From Lingula anatina (taxonomy: Eukaryota; Animalia; Brachiopoda), in NCBI GenBank assembly GCA_051362555.1, contig CM120644.1, positions 12,174,567 through 12,238,566 of the forward strand: 64,000 nucleotides of DNA. Reading direction: 5' to 3'. Under the pieces are notes generated by a model. It was not told the DNA's origin. It ran no database searches and saw only the letters and a program-made list of their open reading frames with translations. This document shows, in pieces, positions 61,101-64,000 of the stretch. The stretch's first letter is position 1. Each line of letters starts with the position of its first letter. The position numbers were made by a program, and so were the translations under genes.

Positions 61101-63534
61101 CTTTGCCAGCTATTTTTGTTGCATCGGCATATTCTGTCCATCTGGACTGAAAGTATGACCACTCTTCGCTGGTACCGCAGGCTGATATTGTGGGCCGCTT
61201 GACTTTCTCCACTTTGGCTGCAGTAACAGGAGCGTTGGTATGAACAGAGCTGTGTGTGGTGAGTAGGGCTGCTACGATAGTGGCGTCAAGGTCATCTGTG
61301 GTGTAGTCACAGCCTTCTATTGGGCACTGGACTGCCGGCATGCTGTCAGGTATGGGATAGCGATCATAAATAAGTACACTGTACTATTTGTCTTTAAGCG
61401 TTTATTGGTCCAACTTGACAATGATCGCTATCTGAAACGGAAGATAAATTACATAAGTCTACATAAATAATAATCCTATAGTAGACTACAGCAGTTAGAA
61501 ACCAGATTTTGTGATCAAGACAATTTGGAGCTGCCCTCTGACCTCTGACCTTCTTATTCACAGCTAACATGCAACCAATTGACCTTGATGACCTTAACAG
61601 TGAGAAGAGATACTTAGGTCAGCAAGCTTACAAGGATTCAAAGCTAGCAAATGTGATGTTCACGTTAGAATTGGCCCGTAGACTACAAGGAACAGGTGTC
61701 ACGGTGAACTGTTTGTGTCCAGGTAAGTGAAGCCAAGGCCTGTTTTGCTGAATAACCTAAGTTTAAGCACAGTGTTACCAAAGTATTATGTTTCACAAAG
61801 AACCCTAACAGTTTTCTACCTTGCTTTTTTTTTCTTTTTTTTTTAATTCATGTGGCTAAGCCTGAAACAGTAGAGCAAATTTTTGTGATCTTGACAATGT
61901 TTTGTATTCTCAGAAGTCCCCAGTACACAATTTCCCATACATTTGTGAAATGAAATGCTGTAAAAAGCCTTTAAAAAGTTGGTTTTATGACATAAGCCAT
62001 CTATGTTAAGCAGTGTAAGTAAAACCTGAAAAGGCCATTAAATTTACGAAAATGTTTTTTAATAAATCCAAAATACAGACTTGTTTTAAAATAAAAGTAG
62101 TTCATGTGAGAGAGGGAAAGGAAGAGACACTATGACAAAGATGCCCCACCATGTCTGAGATATTCAAGATATTGATCAACCAATGTGATTGTCTCATACA
62201 TTTCATGTCACAATTAAGTCTTCAAATTGTGTATTTCAGAAACCTAAACGTAAAGCATTTTGGAGTTTTCACTCATCCTAGTGGATACATGAATTTTATC
62301 ATTTATATGTTTAGATCTTTTAAAATACGAAAGGCATTGAGTGCATTTTAAACAGCAAATAATAAAATAATTAAATAATTAAAATTTGTTTTCCTGAAAA
62401 TTTAAACAAATTTTCCTTTATCAGTAAGGTATACCCTCTCATCTGTTCAGATAATAAACATCCATTTACTTTATTTTCTGAGTTTTAAATTGTTGTAAAA
62501 GTGTTGAAATATCAAAGCATTTTTTTTTTGCTTTATAAAGATCTAATGCTCATTTTGTGCCTTTAAAGATCTTAAAACCTCTTCTTTTGTAGGCTTCATA
62601 CCAAACACAGAATTTTTGAGGAACAACGGCACATTCATACGTGGCTTTTGTAGATACATTATTGGTGGGCTCATGCGACCGTTTTTAAAGATCACGCGGA
62701 CGGTGGAAGAGGGAGGACAGGCCATTGTACAGCTAGCTGTGGATGAGAAACTGGCAGGTATGGATATATTCAAAAATATTTTTTAAAAAATGAATGTATA
62801 ATGTTCTCCAAAGACATGTTGTAATAGGTGTACATGCAGGAGTGTACTGAATCTGGGAAACTTGAAAAGTGAGCTTTTTATGTCTCCTTGATCTAAGTTG
62901 AAGTAAGAATTAGGATATGTCCGCATTAGTAATGTAACAGACACAAGTGTGATGTTTGAAATTTGGCCGGTGATGGCCGCTTTTATTGGAAGTCGCATTA
63001 ATAAAAAGAAATAAAGCGTATTACTGATAAACATTGATAATGTTGATAGATGATATAAACTTAGTGTGCGCCAGAAGTATCAACATTTAAATTATAATTC
63101 CAGACAAATAGTGCACACATTTCAAATTGTGGGGTTGCAAAGAGGCCAACCGTCTTTTTTTTTGTCAGAAAGTATATCTTTTTGAGTAATTGAAAATGAT
63201 AAACTTTGAAAAGAAAAAGCTAAATTATAGGTCCTGGAGGAAAATTCTAGTGGAATGAGTGAAGCGTTTGAAAATAAATTCAATGACGACTGAAAGAGTT
63301 CACCCAAATTTATCAAATAAAGATAGAAAATGAAGTTAATCTCACAATAAAAAAAATGGTATCACAGTTCTGGTAAAGGTTGGCTGGATACTTTCAGGCC
63401 AGACGGGGAAGTTCTTCAGAGACTTTGTAGAGGATAAAGTATCTGTGGAAGCCACGAAGGAGCAAGATCAACAACGTCTGTGGCAGATCAGTGAGAAAAT
63501 GGTTGGATTGGAATCATATCAGGGCATGGATTAA
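54685..63534 (+). CDS. Short-chain dehydrogenase/reductase, retinol dehydrogenase 11-14-like, ~314 aa, 6 coding exons
   Basis: Exons are 54685-54870, 55268-55439, 55762-55887, 61564-61722, 62593-62757 and 63398-63534 (945 nt, all GT-AG, in frame). Motifs [42 protein letters not shown] (YxxxK), LCPGFI, GKFF, RLWQISE. Confidence 0.93.
55058..55101. repeat. (TG)n microsatellite
   Basis: Pure TG run in SDR intron 1. Confidence 0.95.
56114..56227 (-). repeat. 3' LTR (114 bp)
   Basis: Direct repeat of 61367-61480; preceded on the minus strand by the PPT. Confidence 0.95.
56414..58168 (-). CDS. Gypsy integrase region (HHCC, DDE core, Pro/Thr-rich tail), out of frame with the upstream polyprotein
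   Basis: HSAHQG...CNHC; [23 protein letters not shown]; terminal [16 protein letters not shown]; no chromodomain. Confidence 0.9.
   Translation of the reverse strand: MEENMISALTSSLASITLKSVTWDRVRTATTSDADMAMLVDLIISGLPESRQEFPIKLREYYQFKEDLSTIDGVVLYRDHVVIPPALRQDVLSTLHSAHQGISSMITRAESSVFWPGITPDIISIRTGCNHCNRMTPSQPSAPPTPLMYPDYPFQCICADYFHYMGNNYLVIVDRYSNWPIVERASQGAAGLIASLRWTFVTFGIADELSSDGGPEFTSTATKKFLSDWGVHHGMSSVAFPHSNCRAEVGVKTVKRLITDNTSPNGDLDTDSFQHAMLQYRNTPDRDTKLSPAMCVFEHSICDFIPIPPGRYKPHTTWQETLKAREEALRNRHMKMAERLTEHTKRLVPLAVGDRVRIQNQTGPHPLKRDKTGTVVEVRQFDQYVVRVDGSGRVTLRNRKFLRHYTPVLQPTPIQTIDRDLQLPHATPPLAKLAADQETRKEIPGSVPTLPAKVATDQEERKEEIPGLPATPKAKATPQSHDTQTQCETPPSLTAPPVPQLFNTPSPSTDTPSKGTVTPKRRLLPLGNASPPRPVSVSTRVCTTPRPRIVDSQPGMSQPLTMDQPRRSTRATRPPAWQKDYELS
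58153..61341 (-). CDS. Gypsy Gag-protease-RT-RNase H polyprotein
   Basis: Double Zn knuckle CGYCGKTGH...[13 protein letters not shown]...C, protease [19 protein letters not shown]...APQGY...KCVDD, RNase H ATDWS...EGEALA...VDHKPL...AADCVSR. Confidence 0.95.
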   Translation of the reverse strand: MPAVQCPIEGCDYTTDDLDATIVAALLTTHSSVHTNAPVTAAKVEKVKRPTISACGTSEEWSYFQSRWTEYADATKIAGKDRVIQLLECCDDPLRKDLTRTAGGSLANKSVDEVMAAIKALAVHTENTMVARVTLQNMHQDRDEPVRNFGARLKGQAGVCKFSVSCPSCNTAVSYMGEMTRDVLTRGLADSEIQIDLLGDKNQDMTLEEVLQFVEAKEAGKRSASRLQESQAAEAIGSTYRHKKKETSTPAEKPPQDPCGYCGKTGHGKAAPLRIRKRDCPAFGHKCQTCTRYHHLEIVCRSKDKPKPSQKTTSCHEADDCEGAVFESLCSVTITTQHMKGRAIALDHHIYDQLNDTWVRRASKPQPFVNLRITVCADDYRELGFSLLSSATPIEHPSMADTGCQSCLAGIKVIQRLGLKRQDLIPVTMKMHTAVNNGINILRATILRYAGRGPSGKLVETRQMTYVTDSSDKLFISREACIALGIIPKTFPTVGAYHMSQCASVFPDITLTARGADAQHTCTCPKRQPPPPPPTKLPFPAMEQNRGRLKEYLLDYYRSSTFNTCDHQPLPLMDSPPMKLMVDPSAAPVAYHTPIPVPLHWQEEVKAGLDQDVRLGVIEPVPIGEPVTWCHCMVVCAKNNGRLCRTVDLQALNAHATRETHHTPSPFHQARAVPQGKKKTVLDAWNGYHSVPIREEDRHLTTFITPLGRYRYKVAPQGYIASGDGYTRRYDEIVSHITNKTKCVDDVLLWSSSIEGSFFKAVEWLDICGRHGITLNPEKFVFAQDEVEFAGFDITLDSVKPSSKYLQAILDFPTPRNITDLRSWFGLVNQVSYAFSMADKMLPFRCLLQPGTPFRWDEDLNSLFEESKAVISKEIEEGVRIFDKSRPTCLATDWSKNGIEFWLLQKHCSNQPIRPFCCPSGWKITLVGSRFTHSAESRYAPIEGEALAVADALNKTRYFVLGCHDLIIAVDHKPLLKVFSGRSLDDINNPRLRNLKEKTLRYRFQMVHIRGVKHLAADCVSRHPTGDPEKLPLPDDVANVSQHHPLSQIRSPAPITSPWRKT
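61356..61366 (-). other. Non-tRNA primer-binding site complementary to the element's own LTR
   Basis: Minus-strand TGATCGCTATC directly follows the 5' LTR and is the exact reverse complement of GATAGCGATCA inside that LTR (61422-61432). Confidence 0.75.
61367..61480 (-). repeat. 5' LTR (114 bp)
   Basis: Minus-strand TATAGG...CTTATTTA. Contains an Inr-like TCAGAT, AATAAA (61401-61406) and a terminal hairpin (61368-61389). Confidence 0.95.
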
Positions 63535-64000
63535 TGGCAGGGACTAATTGGTTTTAGTGTTTTATTAATAAATTAGAAATATAGATATAAATCTCTTGCA
63601 GTTTTTGAAATGAAGATATTGTTAGTAATATTTGAAAAATAGATGGTGCAGACTTTCAGAAGTTCTTAGTTCTGAAAAGTAAGTCATCTTTCATGTCAGA
63701 AATTGTACTTTTTATAAGTAAATATAAAAGAAACACCTTTCAAACACCTCGGGTGTAACATTTAAAAGTAATCTATGAAGAAGCAATCATCTGAGCTTGT
63801 ATAACATAAAAATGATTTCATTTGGAGAATGACTCTGTCTGATATTTGTTACAACTAAGAATTTTGCTTCGTTCTCAGACGTGATCGATTAAAAAAACCT
63901 GTTAATTATTGATACATTGCCAAAATTTACCTGAAGTGTTTCACATATGTAGCCATGTTAAGTGTCTAACTGTTAATACGTTATGTATATGTTATTGTTA

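Larger units (their letters stand above)
56114..61480 (-). mobile_element. Full-length Ty3/Gypsy LTR retrotransposon (Mag-like Gag), antisense in SDR intron 3
   Basis: 114-bp LTRs at 56114-56227 and 61367-61480 (3 differences), TSD GTAGA (56109-56113 / 61481-61485), PPT GGGGGGAGA abutting the 3' LTR, domain order Gag-PR-RT-RH-IN. Confidence 0.97.

Noticed and set aside
57020-61150. Plus-strand and alternate-frame ORFs overlapping the retrotransposon
   Set aside because: Shadow ORFs of a GC-richer coding region with no recognisable motifs.

Overview
AT-rich, intron- and transposon-rich eukaryotic DNA from an invertebrate animal; the taxon cannot be fixed from sequence alone. Four host genes can be assembled from splice sites. 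(1) The 5' part of an IA-2/phogrin (PTPRN/PTPRN2) gene on the minus strand, with exons from 30661 down to at least 5259, continuing off the left edge. (2,3) A head-to-head pair of secreted PAN/apple + fibrinogen C-terminal domain (FReD) paralogues at 33563-39506 (-) and 42241-46155 (+). (4) A six-exon RDH11-14-like short-chain dehydrogenase at 54685-63534 (+). The SDR's third intron holds a 5.4-kb antisense Ty3/Gypsy element, the most unusual object in the window. It has 114-bp LTRs with TA...TA ends, a 5-bp TSD and no tRNA-type PBS. Instead, an 11-nt PBS is the exact reverse complement of a sequence inside its own 5' LTR, which is the geometry of Tf1-style self-priming, in an element without a chromodomain. 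Other notable items are a Helenus-like TRIM with a tRNA-derived LTR split by a foldback MITE, a 98-bp perfect-identity tract between the inverted FReD paralogues, a GC-AG intron, Kolobok-type elements, Harbinger- and hAT5-type MITEs, a HINE-like satellite-carrying element, a LINE tail, a SINE and a near-perfect 970-bp tandem duplication. All coordinates and alignments were done by eye, and family assignments rest on recalled motifs, not database searches.
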